A DNA stretch of 64,000 bases from Chrysemys picta bellii. Its lineage: Eukaryota. Both the position numbers and the translations under genes were made by a program. Positions 12,901 through 24,419 of the stretch are shown piece by piece (positions within the stretch are counted from its first letter, which is position 1; each line of letters opens with the position of its first letter). The notes below the pieces were generated by a model that was not told where the DNA came from, did no database searches, and was given only the letters and a program-made list of their open reading frames with translations. The DNA lies in the NCBI RefSeq assembly GCF_011386835.1, contig NC_088794.1, forward strand, positions 38,998,001 through 39,062,000, written 5' to 3'.

Positions 12901-13550
12901 ATCAAAGGAGTAGTTAAGTCTTCTTAGAGCACTTCAAGGAATTTGGAGCTGTCATGAATGCGAGCTTTATTCAGCATTGTTTTGAAGTAGGAGTGAGTCA
13001 CTAAAAAACAATTTGTACTTTTTCCACACTCAGCTTTGACTTTATTAAGAAAAAAGGAAAGAATAAAAACAATTCCATTTTCTGGAGAGACATGCCTTGA
13101 TCACTGAATCCTGAAATGATAAATGGGAATGGCAACCTTCTACAAAGAAATGAACTATGGCTACTATGAATAATACACTGATTATCCACAGCACTTTGCA
13201 TTCAGAGCCAGGAGCAACTGCTGGAATACTAAGCAGAAAGTGACTGAATTTACCTTACTTTACACGGACCAGTCTTCAGTGAACAACATGCATGCTTTCC
13301 TCATCGACATATTTTTGATGTTGAAGCTATTGAAAGGGAAAGACTAAACTTTAGTCTACAATCCATTTGATTCCTTGAGGGATAGCGTACAGTACATGCC
13401 CTTCACTGCATCATCCCGGAAACTCGGTGTATTTTAGGAGTTACTGTTATCTTAAAATGTTTACAGATGCTGCTGAGACATTAGATGGGAAGGAATTCAA
13501 CCGTTTTCATCCAGCATTGATTGATAATATTTTCTTAATTCTTATTTTCT

Positions 13551-14490
13551 TTTATTAATGATCTGGAGGATGGTGTGGACTGCACTCTCAGCAAGTTTGC
13601 AGATGACACTAAACTAGGAGGCGTAGTAGATACACTAGAGGGTAGGGATCGGATACAGAGGGACCTAGACAAATTAGAGGATTGGGCCGAAAAAAACCTG
13701 ATGAGGTTCAACAAGGACAAGTGCAGAGTCCTGCACTTAGGACGGAAGAATCCCATGCACTGCTACAGACTAGGGACCGAATGGCTAGGTAGCAGTTCTG
13801 CAGAAAAGGACCTAGGGGTCACAGTGGACGAGAAGCTGGATATGAGTCAACAGTGTGCTCTTGTTGCCAAGAAGGCTAACGGCATTTTGGGCTGTATAAG
13901 TAGGGGCATTGCCAGCAGATCGAGGAACGTGATCGTTCCCCTTTATTCGACATTGGTGAGGCCTCATCTGGAATACTGTGTCCAGTTTTGGTCCCCACAC
14001 TACAAGAAGGATGTGGAAAAATTGGAAAGAGTCCAGCGGAGGGCAACAAAAATGATTAGGGGTCTGGAGCACACGACTTATGAGGAGAGGCTGAGGGAAC
14101 TGGGATTGTTTAGTCTCCAGAAGAGAAGAATGAGGGGGGATTTGATAGCAGCCTTCAACTACCTGAAGGGGGGTTCCAAAGAGGATGGAGCTCGGCTGTT
14201 CTCAGTGGTGGCAGATGACAGAACAAGGAGCAATGGTCTCAAGTTGCAGTGGGGGAGGTCCAGGTTGGATATCAGGAAAAACTATTTCACTAAGAGGGTG
14301 GTGAAACACTGGAATGCGTTACCTAGGGAGGTGGTGGAGTCTCCTTCCTTGGAGGTTTTTAAGGCCCGGCTTGACAAAGCCCTGGCTGGGATGATTTAGC
14401 TGGGAATTGGTCCTGCTTTGAGCAGGGGGTTGGACTAGATGACCTCTTGAGGTCCCTTCCAACTCTGATATTCTATGATTCTATGATTCT
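13551..14490 (+). mobile_element. 5'-truncated CR1 LINE (PsCR1-like) with an uninterrupted RT C-terminal ORF (13575-14399)
   Basis: 274-aa ORF ...[11 protein letters not shown]...[13 protein letters not shown]...[31 protein letters not shown]1 3' UTR, and terminal (ATTCTATG)n repeats. Confidence 0.97.
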
Positions 14491-16250
14491 TTTGCGTTTA
14501 ATCCTTTTACCATGACATTGCTCCTTGATAGTACATACAGTCGTCACTTCTGTTTTCAAGCTTGTATAAGGACAGGCCTTCCAGATGGAAAACCATTTCC
14601 TCCCGCCTGTGGCGCATTATGAACTGCCCCAGGCTGCGAAACTAGTCATGTAATATAAATGTTTACAGCAGGCTGACTTAGCTTCAGTGGTTTACACAAA
14701 ATATAAACAGTGTGTCATACGTGCCTTGTAAAGGCTCTTCCCCCCCCAGTTAGTTACTGCATGGCCTCTCAGCGTATGCCTGGTACCTCACACCCACCTC
14801 TAACCCCATGTTGAAATTATTATGAATCAGGCACTGCAGTTTATTAAAAGACGTCATCCCAGGTTGTGATGTAGGATTCCAACCCAGAATCCATGTAGGA
14901 TACTGCAAAGACAGGATAGGACTTGATGGATCTGGTTTCTAAACACAGAGCGCTGCGTCAGATGGAGGAGGAACTGGTGGGGATGTATTCAGACATTTTG
15001 GGGAGTCTCTTTCCAGAAGGTTCTCCTTTCCGTCCTCCTCCTCCTCTCTCGCAGTTGCAGATATAGCAGAGGAGGGAAAATAGTGCATTTGAGATCAAAA
15101 TGCCTGCCTGTCTCAGGCAAGAAAGAAGACGGGTTTTGTTGCGCTGTAACCATTGTTTTATGGACTGTTGGCCTTCAAGCCCCCTCAGTAAGCATTGTTC
15201 CAGTTGAGACCAGCTCAGCACTGCTCCTATTGACTCAACCAGGGTGAGGCATCTTTTGAGCTGACCTGGTAGAACTCATCATGCAAATCTCAAGAATCCT
15301 CCTGGCTCAAATGTAGGCAGCGGTAATATAAGGGGCAAATGTTCAATGAGTCCAGTCACTGGACAGAGACTCCACTGATGGCTGCAGGCCTCCCACCTTC
15401 TCCTGGAGAGGTTCATGAAGGAGAGAATAATGTGTCCTCTGTTCCTCAGAGGCCCAACTCCAGAACTTCAAGTCCAGAACACTTCAAACTGGTAGGCCAA
15501 TAGGGCTTGTAATATCTGTCTGAGTTTTTCACAGCATGATGTAGCTGAAGTGGAGGGAAAAGGCTTCCCTGACTCAATCACCATTCCTCAAGGAGCTTGC
15601 TAAAACCGCCTGTCCCCAAAGCTTCCGACAGGTGACCCACAACGGATCAAGGGTGCAGAGACGGGCGCTGAGACTTTCACTAGGTTATTTGCAAATGGCC
15701 AGGAAGAATCAAGTCTCCAAAGGCAGCTAGAAACTTCATAAAATTACAGAAAACAGAGGTGAAAAAGACTTACTGGAACATCTAGTCCATCCTTTACCAA
15801 TATAGGGCTCTTTTCTACAGGATTTTTACCCTCACAGGGTGAGCGTCAGGTCATAGCCAACAGAAAAATTATAAAGCATAGTCTTAGTCTACAAATAATA
15901 GTAATTGCATCTTAATTACTTACCTAACATGTGTTGTTTAATTCCAGGGGCCAAATTATCTGCTGGTGTAAATGCGCACTATTCAGTGGAATTTTGCCCA
16001 TTTCTGCCAACAGACAATTTGACCCCAGGACTTCAGTCCTGGTATGTTTGCAAAGACTATTTGTCAGTTCAGTCCCATGGGTTTTATGTACAATGCTTCC
16101 AGGAATCATTGTACACACCCAATATGCATGGTCTGTTTCACACTCTGCCTTGTCACATAGCAGTGTAAATAGTTAGGTATGTCTTGGTAGAGTGGTATTT
16201 CCATAATCTGCTCTGCCGCCTCCAGTCTTCACTTACATAATCCACAGAGC

Positions 16251-16442
16251 AATCATAGAGTCCTAGAAGATCAGGGTTGGAAGGGACCTCAGGAGGTCAT
16301 CTAGTCCAACCCCCTGCTCAAAGCAGGACCAATCCCCAGACAGATTTTTACCCCAGTTCCCTAAATGGCCCCCTCAAGGATTGAACTCACAACCCTGGGT
16401 TTAGCAGGCCAATGCTCAAACCACTCAGTTAACTCTCCCCCC
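16251..16442 (-). mobile_element. Tortoise Pol III/SINE (tRNA-derived head, CR1-like 3' tail)
   Basis: The reverse strand has a tRNA-like head with A/B boxes (ggttgtgagttcaatcc) and a tail matching the CR1 3' end at 14400-14490. Confidence 0.92.
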
Positions 16443-19334
16443 AGTCATCGCAAAATGTTCAAGCACAATGAAATAGCAGTCGTTACCCTTGCACTCCTAA
16501 GAGAGAATGGAACCTTTCACGGGAATGAAAACTGTGCCAGGTGGCTGGGGAAGCTGAGAAGGGTGTCAATATTTACTTCCCTGAGTACACAGCAAATGCC
16601 ATCCTGTGACCGTTTCCCTTCCAGGTCAAAGGCTTGATTGAAATGCAGAACATCCACCAAGTGCCGAATTTACCCACGAGCCGAAAAATTCATTCTGGAA
16701 AAATCTAAGGCTACTGCCAGAACTTTACCTTGTGTTTTGTTTCTTATTTTCATAGTTGTTCTGAGCAGACCCAGCGTTCTGGCCACAAAGAGCTGTCACT
16801 CATGTTTATCTTTTTGATCCAGAGGTACCCAAAATGGGCCCTGGATGGTCCATGGAGCGCTGGCATGTCACATGGTGCTGTTCTCAAATTTATCTCCAGT
16901 TATTAAATTGCAACAAAACACAGCTATAAATACATTATGTTCCTGGTCTCATTTTTCCATTAAACCAATTGCAGAAGTTGACACAGGCATGCTATTGGAT
17001 TGTGAATGGGAAGGAGAGATAGACTGTGCGATCATGGAATGGAAGGGGAAGTGGCCTGGCAGACAATCCCTCTGTTAAAATGAGGTCCAGTTCTGAAAAA
17101 TCTTGCTGATCCCTGGTCTAAACTATCTATTGTATCAGCCCACATATTTACAGTGTGCTCATTGGAATGTTTTCATATAGGAATAGAGTCAAGGTAAATT
17201 GAAATAACCCGATCCAGCTACACTGAAGTCAGTGGCAAAACTTCCATTGACTTCTGTAGAGCGGGATCAGAACCCCAGAGAATAAGCTGTTTGGAGCTGA
17301 AATGTCAACTCTGATTCTGAGGGTACAAAACACTGGTGAAAGGAACTATCCCCAACTTTTTCAAATGTGTGGATTTAGGCACCCAAATCCCTATTGAGGC
17401 CCCTAAATAAGGGGCCTAACTTTTCAGAAGTATGGAACAGCTGCAGTTCCCAATGAGATCAATAGATTCATAGTACGTCAAAAAATTAGCCCACTTATTT
17501 AAGTGCTTAAATTTAGGCACTTAAGTATCTTGTTACCTAATTCCTAAGTCTTTCATATCTGGGTCACCAGTTTAAAGACCACCCAGACTGGTAAAAACGG
17601 TAGGTAGTTATCTGATGGCTGTTTTGTGACTTATGTGAAATGAGTTTGTGGATCGCAGCCTGGCTTCTAATGCCCAATCACTACAACTGGCATCACTGTT
17701 GTTGGCTTCATTGGAGAAGCCAAAGGTCGAATGGGCTCTGAGACTGCTCTGCTCCTTTCTCCTCTAGAAGTCATCACCAGGTTCCTTTGGGTCAGGGTTG
17801 CATTAATGGTGTGGGTAGGGGAAGCTTGCAAAGCTGATCTCTTTCAGTATATCTAATGCTGGAGGTACCTGTCATGGCTCCATAGTCAGTGTTGAGTTCA
17901 TGTTATGTATGAAGAATGCAGCCTATCCTCCCCAAAATTACAGTGCTTATAAAATTAATTTTCTGAAAATTTAGAAATCTGTTGATTTATTAACTAAAAT
18001 CAATATAACTACATTACATAAAGAGTTCAATCTCTTGATCTGTCGATCTTCATGGGCACTGAACTCACTTCCTCTTTTTAAAAAAAAAGCTTACCTTATA
18101 TAAGAAAAATAATGTGAAGTGCATTGTAATGCGCTAAAGAAATATGTTAGCTACAGTTATGGAATCCATCCCCTCCACATGAGAAAAAATAATGTAGCTA
18201 TCAACAAGAATGGTGTAAAGGGCAAAGATACTTGGGAAATTAAAAATTAAAGTACCAAAAAGAAGTTATGGTTTGAGGGTGATATTTTCAGAGGCATCTT
18301 AGTGACTTAGATAGTTTTGGATAATCTTACTCCTGAGCTTTATATTTTCCTGAATGAGTTTTCAGTTTTTGCTACAGTACTCTGAAATCATTGAGTTTGG
18401 CCTTGTACAATTCCGTTTACTCGTTTGCTTAAGGCAAGTCACTTTTTGAGGGGTGGGGGATGCTGGTGTGTAAGATCTCTCGGGGTTTGTTTTTGTTTTG
18501 GGGGGGCGTTTCACCCCATCATCATGGCAAAGAATTGGTGGTAGATTTGGTGCTTGAGTTGGTTTACTACTTTGTTTACTTGGTTTTCAGAGGGAAATCC
18601 TCCATTTTTACTGACTGGTACCTGCCTTGAATCTTGTTTGGAACTTGAAAATGGAATATTGGCAAACAGGATCTTATAAAATCTCTTGCTAAAATCTTAA
18701 CACAGCAGATGATTGATTTTTGTGGTCCTGGAGAACTGGTTGACATCATAAAGTCAGTTGTAACTCTCTGTGGTATATCTGTTTACATGAAGATGTTATT
18801 TAAGGCTGATATAATTAATAAATAGTGAACTAAAAGATTTCTTTTATTTGTGCAGTTGCTATCTACAGTAATGCCTATGTAGAATTTGTTCTTTGATGTT
18901 GTTCTCAATGTATTCATTTGAATCCTTGACTGTCCCATATTTTAATTTTAATAATAACACTGCAAGCTCTCAGAATTATTCAGGTCACACTTTTGTCTGT
19001 CTAGAAAGAGACCTGAGACTTATACAATTAGTACGGCTCGTTGTTATTCTGTGAGGGAGCTCATGGTTATTACTGATATCTCATGACATCAGCAATAACT
19101 AGGCATTAGGGTGGCAATCAACACTCTCCCTTATCTACACCATCATAAAAAGGCATGTTTTGCAAATTACAGCTACCACATGTCCTTTTGGCGCCTGTTT
19201 GCAGAGTAGGCCAGTTACTATGGATGAGTCTCATTTCGTACAATTCATGTGTAAGTCTATGTAGACTATTACAGAACCTGAAAAGTGATCTAGGGTGACA
19301 ATCACTCCTGTTCAGAGGGCCAGCACAATGCCAT

Positions 19335-19755
19335 TGCATCAGTTAAGCTGTTTTCCTAGTTTCTAAGGCCAGAAGTGATTGTGGTGATCATCTAGTGACA
19401 CTGACCACCTGTATGACACAGGCCTGGAATTACTGGGTGAAATTCTTACATCAAGCCTACATCTTGTGATTGGGTTAGAGCATATGTTTTAGAAAGACAT
19501 CTAGTTTTGACTTAGACTTCAAGTCATGGAGAATCAACCATGTCCCTTGGCAAATTGTTGCAGGGGTTAATTACTCTTACTGTTAAAAATTTAGCACCTT
19601 CTTTCTAACCTGAATTTATCTAGATTCAGTTTCCAGTCACTTATTATGCCTTTGTCTGATAGATTAAGGAGCCCTCTCTAGTATTAGAAATCTTCTCCCT
19701 ACGAAGTTACTTAAAGATCAATCTCAGGTCACCTCTTCACCTTCTCTTTTGAGAG
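19335..19755 (-). mobile_element. Old, diverged CR1 3' fragment
   Basis: tttctaaggccagaag...atcatctagt...gatggagaatc...ggttaattactc...ttctaacctgaattt is a degenerate reverse complement of the CR1 3' region. Confidence 0.65.
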
Positions 19756-20685
19756 CTTAAGTGGAGCTTAAGCAAGTATTGTTGAGTTCAAAATGATAAT
19801 AATCAACGCTATCCTTCCCCAGCCACAGAAAGCTGTCTAAAGCGTTTGTCAAGTGAGGCCACGGTGGCCATGTACGGCCACTAGGGGCTTTTCTTGTGGC
19901 CACAGCCTCCTGGGTGATGATTGGGGGCGGGAGGCAAAGCAACGGCCCCTCCCCTGGGGCCACCAGTAGTGGTTGTGGCTCCCCTCCCCCACCCGGAGAC
20001 ACAAAAGCTGGAGGAGCAGGCAGCCAATGAGTTCCCCACCTTCTCGGGGGCAGTGAGGTCAGGCTTCAGCTCTGGAGTGGTGGGTGGCAAGCTCCAGCCA
20101 CGGGGCTTCAGGCTCTGTTCCCCGGCTGCATGGTGGTGAGCTCTGGCCCTGGCAATATATGGCAGATTCAAAATAACAATAACTTGGATCATTGGTGGTT
20201 GGGTGGGAAATAGTTTTGCTTTATTTCACTCACTGGAAGCCTTTTGGTTGTGAGCATCTTAAGAGATGATAGGGTACCAATCAAAGGTGCTAGTGTATAC
20301 CTGTTTCTGGTCAGTGAGTGACAAAGTGGTTACCCTAAGATAAAAGAGGGTTTTGGTTTTTTTAAAATTATGTTTGTCATCTTACATGGATCCTATCTAG
20401 TGGTTTTGCATATCTAGTGTCTAAGCTTCTGTGTACTCATTGGACTAGATTCTGCCACTTGTTGAGTAGGATCTTCCTCCTGGAGGATTCCCACTGAAAT
20501 CAGGTGGGCTCCTTGCAGAATAAGGCACTACTCAGTGTTAATAAAGGTGACAGAATTTGGCCCACTGTGGGAACGGGTTGATCATAATTAACAATTCAGT
20601 TGTTCCGTTGGAGAATCTCTAAGCAGCTTTGCTAAGAAAGCAATTTTTTCTGAGCTTTACAAATTAAAAAAGCACTGTGTTAATG

Positions 20686-20771
20686 CCTCAGAGACCTGTG
20701 GCACCTTTAAGACTAACAGATGTATTGGAGCATAAGCTTTCGTGGGTGAACACCCACTTCGTCAGACGCAT
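20686..20771 (-). mobile_element. Short Penelope-like element remnant (pLTR piece)
   Basis: ctgtggcacctttaagactaacagatgtattggagcataagctttcgtggg closely matches the Penelope end at 26896-26972. Confidence 0.8.
20730..20769 (-). ncRNA. Minimal type I hammerhead ribozyme motif
   Basis: The minus strand reads GCGU CUGACGA AGUGGG UGUUCA CCCAC GAAA GCUU AUGC: core boxes, stem II, a palindromic AGCU stem III and stem I. Confidence 0.7.
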
Positions 20772-21042
20772 GTTAATGCCTGTTGTTAATACACTACTGT
20801 AACATGGTTTGCAGTAAAATCCATCTTTGAAGGAATTAATGGTCAGATCATGAACACTCATATAAGGCCTCAATCCCAAAAACACTTGAGCACATGCATA
20901 GCCTTACTCACCATGACTTCATTGGAACTATTCCTGTTATTCATATGAGTAAAGTTAGGCACATGCTTAAGTGCCTGTATGATCACAGTGTTTCTAATTG
21001 AGTCCATTGTATGTATATCTTAATTGCTCTTTCTGTTCACAG

Positions 21043-21158
21043 CACATACTTTCCGTCGTATCTTGCGGTAGTGGCAAGTCTCATAAGTGCAATGATAGTT
21101 ATGACCTGTATCCCTGCTCACACCAAACCAAAGTCAGAAGGACAAGCTACGCAGCAGC
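21043..21158 (+). CDS. SLC22A18: SLC22A18 (SLC67A1) coding exon, phase 2-1: TYFPSYLAVVASLISAMIVMTCIPAHTKPKSEGQATQQ
   Basis: Splice sites ttctgttcacag|C and C|gtgagt. Resembles human IQCPAILAALATLLGAVLSFTCIPASTK (recalled). Joins the next exon in frame. Confidence 0.88.
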
Positions 21159-22056
21159 GTGAGTGTTTACCCTTTCTGGCAACTTTTCATCACTATAGGA
21201 ATGTATCTGGGCAGTTTTAAATGCTGAGTGCTGATCCCTCATCCTCATCTGAGAAGACATTGCCCATGGTGCCAAGCGTATATCAAATGAGAAGGCTTTT
21301 TTGCGATGTTGATGATGAAACTATCTAACTGGTGTTCACTTGGGACCCATTCACTACTTGAACTCAGATTTCCAGAGGCCTAAGTTTGTTCCATTATCAT
21401 CTGCTGTGCAACTTGGCTGCTTGAACAGTTCAGGGCAACGGCACCTGTGATTTCTCCCTCATAGTCCAGCAAGGGCACCCACTTTCAGAGTCCTGACTCC
21501 TTAGTTGTCACCCTCTGCTTGGGCGGAGACCCATGTCTCTCCCTCCCTCCTGACCCGTGTTTTTCCAAGCTGCACTGTTCTCTGACTATTCCCCAGCATG
21601 CAGGCTCCCTAAGCGGTCTGTTTTGCTTTCTCTTCAGAGGCTATAAAATGTGTAATTGCCCACAGTCATGAGGGCACTAAGTAAGCACATTTATTCTTAA
21701 AATAATAACACTCTACACGCATACTAATAAGCTTACCAGAGTTCACCCCAACACGGACTCTGGTAGGAGTCCATCCCTCAAACCCAACACTGGTTTTCCT
21801 GTAGTTACAAGGGCAGAACCAGAACCCTCATGAGTCTGTGATTCGCTCCTTTATATGGTTTGGGCCTGTATCCTTGGGACTCTGGAAACAGGTAATCAGC
21901 AGACAATGGATTTCTCCTCAGGGCATAGCTTTGAAAGGTTGGGTCCAGTTGTGGTAATTTGCATTCCCCTCCTCCCAAGTATTTCCTAGGAAACCCATTT
22001 GACTGAAAGTTCATTCTTATCTGGCAGATTGTTTTAAAGCAGGGGTGGGCAAACTA

Positions 22057-23168
22057 TAGGGTTACCATACGTCCGGATTTTCCCGGACATGTCCGGCTTT
22101 TTGGGCTCCAAATCCCCGTCCGGGGGGAAATCCCAAAAAGCCGGACATGTCCGGGAAAATCGGGACATGGGGGCCGGCGGTCGGCAGGGCCGGGCCAGGG
22201 GCTCGGCGGTCGGCGGGGCCGGGCCGGGAGCTCGGGGGCTCGGAAGCCGGCGGTCGGCCGGGCCGGGCCGGGGGCTCGGAAGCCGGCGGTCGGCCGGGCC
22301 GGGCCGGGGGCTCGGAAGCCGGCGGGGCCGGGAGCCGGCGGGGCCGGGCCGGGCCGGGGGCTCGGGGACTCGTGGCCGGCCGGGCCGGGCCGGGGGCTCG
22401 GGGGCCGGCGGTCGGCCGGGCCGGGGGCTCGGGGGCTGGCGGTCGGCCGGGGGCCGGCGGTCAGCGGGGCCGGGCCGGGTCGGGCCGGGGGCTCAGAACC
22501 TGGCGGTCGGCCGGGCCGGGCTGGGGGCTCTGGGGTCGGCGGTGCCGGGCTGGGGGCTCGGAAGCCGGCGGTCGGCCGGGCCGGGGGCTCGGAGGCCGGC
22601 GGGGCCGGGAGCCGGCGGGGCCGGGGGCTCGGGGACTCGTGGCCGGCCGGGCCGGGCTGGGGGTTCGGGGGCCGGCGGTTGGCCGGGCCGGGGGCTAGGG
22701 GGTTGGCGGTCGGCCGGGGGCCGTCGGTCAGCGGGGCCGGGCCGGGGGCTCAGAAGCTGGCGGTCGGCCGGGCCGGGCTGGGGGCTCTGGGGTCGGCGGT
22801 GCCGGGCCGGGGGCTCGGGGGCCGGCGGTCGGCCGGGGGCCGGCGGTCAGCGGGGCCAGGCCGGGCTGGGCCGGGGGCTCAGGGGCTCGGGGCCGGCCGC
22901 GCCGGGCCGGGCCGGGGGGGGGCCGGCGGTGCTGGGCGGGCTGACCCAGGCTGGAGACGCCGGGGGGGGGAGGGGCCCAGACTGGGCCGCGTCTCCTCCC
23001 CCCACACTCCCCTTACCTGCTTCAGGCTTCCCACGAATCAAATATTCGCGGGAAGCAGGTGAGGGGGTGGAGATGGGGCGGGGACTTTGGGGAAGGGGCG
23101 GAGTTGGGGGCGGGGGCGGGGCCCCGTGGAGTGTCCTCCTTTTGGAGGCTTAAAATATGGTAACCCTA
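22057..23168. mobile_element. Inner hAT MITE inserted into the left TIR of the outer MITE
   Basis: TIRs TAGGGTTACCAT...ATGGTAACCCTA with a perfect 8-bp TSD GCAAACTA at 22049-22056 and 23169-23176. Confidence 0.95.
22170..22960. repeat. Extremely GC-rich, G-skewed minisatellite with a higher-order repeat of about 260 bp
   Basis: Built from GGGCC, GGCCGGCGGTC and GGGGGCTC units. The marker GGGGACTCGTGG recurs at 22364 and 22631. Confidence 0.9.
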
Positions 23169-24133
23169 GCAAACTATGGCTCACAGGCCACATCTGGCCC
23201 TCCAGCTGACTTAATCTGGCCCTTGAGCTTCTGCTGGGGAGCGGGGTCTGGGTCTTCCCCGCTCCTGCGCTCCAGCTGGGGGTTGGGGACCACTCCGCAC
23301 GCAGCTCCCGGAAGAAGGGACATTTCCCCCCTCCAGCTCCTAGGCGTAGGGGCAGTCAGGGGGCTCTGCACACTGCTGCTGCCCCTGCCCCAAGCACCAC
23401 CCCCGCAGCTTCCATTGGCTGGGAACTGCAGCCAATGGGAACTGCAGGGGCAGCATTTGTGGACAGGGCAGCGCGCAGAGCCGCCTGACTGCGCCTCCTT
23501 GTAGGAGCTGGAGGGGGGACATGCCACTGCTTCCAGGAACTGCTTGAGGTAAGTGCCTCCTGGAGCCTGCACCCCTGGCCCCCTCCTGCACCTCAAGCCC
23601 CTTGATCTCAGCCTGGAGCACCCTCCTGCACCCCAGAACCTGTACCCCCAGCCAGAGCCCTTACACCACACACATCCCAGTGCCCCAATCTACTGCCCCA
23701 GCCTGGAGCCCCCTCCCAGACTTCAAACCCCTTGGTCCCAGCCTGGAGCATCCTCCTACACCCCAAACACCTCATCTCCAGCCCCACTCCAGAGCCCTCA
23801 CCACCAGCCAGAGCCCTCAGTCCCCCTCCCACACTCCAACCTCCTGCCCCAGCCCAGAGCCCCCTCCCGCACCCTGAACTCCTCATTTCTTTTCCCACCC
23901 CAGAGCCCGCACCCCCAGCCCCAATTTCGTGAGCATTCATGGCCCGCCATACAATTTCCATACCCAGATGTGGCCCTTGGGCCAAAAAGTTTTCCCACCC
24001 CATTTTAAAGAGTCCTTTGACACTCATAACACTTCTTGGGTTTACAGTACTCACATTTCCCTCCTAGCAATATGGCATACAATTCCACAATTATACATAA
24101 ACATTTGCACTTGTGACTGCAATGAACTTCTAA

Positions 24134-24419
24134 GGCTTGGTCTACACTAACCCCCCAAATCGAACTAAGGTACGCAACTTCAGCTACGTGAACAACGTAG
24201 CTGAAGTTCGAAGTACCTTAGTTCGATCTTACCTCGGTCCACACGCGGCAGGCAGGCTCCCCCGTCGACTCCGCGGTACTCCTCTCACCGAGCTGGAGTA
24301 CCGCAGTCGACGGCGAGCACTTCCGGGTTCGACTTATCGCGTCCAGACAAGACGCGATAAGTTGAACCCAGAAGTTCCATTGCCAGCCGCCGAACTAGCG
24401 GCTGGGTATAGACGTACCC
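24134..24419. mobile_element. Young PIF/Harbinger MITE
   Basis: TIRs GGCTTGGTCTACAC...GTATAGACGTACCC, TAA TSD, CpG-rich, with an internal hairpin ACTTCAGCTACG...CGTAGCTGAAGT. Confidence 0.9.

Larger units (their letters stand above)
22040..24002. mobile_element. Outer hAT MITE (CAGGGGTGGGCAAAC family)
   Basis: Perfect 8-bp TSD TTTTAAAG at 22032-22039 and 24003-24010. Right end aaaagttttcccacccca. Confidence 0.9.

Noticed and set aside
14941-15500. Purine-rich, protein-looking stretch (ORF 14958-15221)
   Set aside because: There are stops in the neighbouring frames, no coherent splice pair and no recognisable family. It may be an old repeat.
19063-19086. ATG GTT ATT ACT GAT ATC TCA (MVITDIS), resembling human SLC22A18 MVITDLS
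   Set aside because: It is followed immediately by TGA, has no acceptor, and the downstream LGLCFG does not align. Most likely chance.
19205-19250. 46-nt segment with ag/gtaagt boundaries
   Set aside because: It does not end in phase 2, so it cannot join exon 21043, and the peptide is not recognisable.
22089-23153. 354-aa, 183-aa and 127-aa Gly/Arg/Ala/Pro-rich ORFs
   Set aside because: They arise because the GC-rich minisatellite in a MITE lacks stop codons. Several frames are open and there is no domain.
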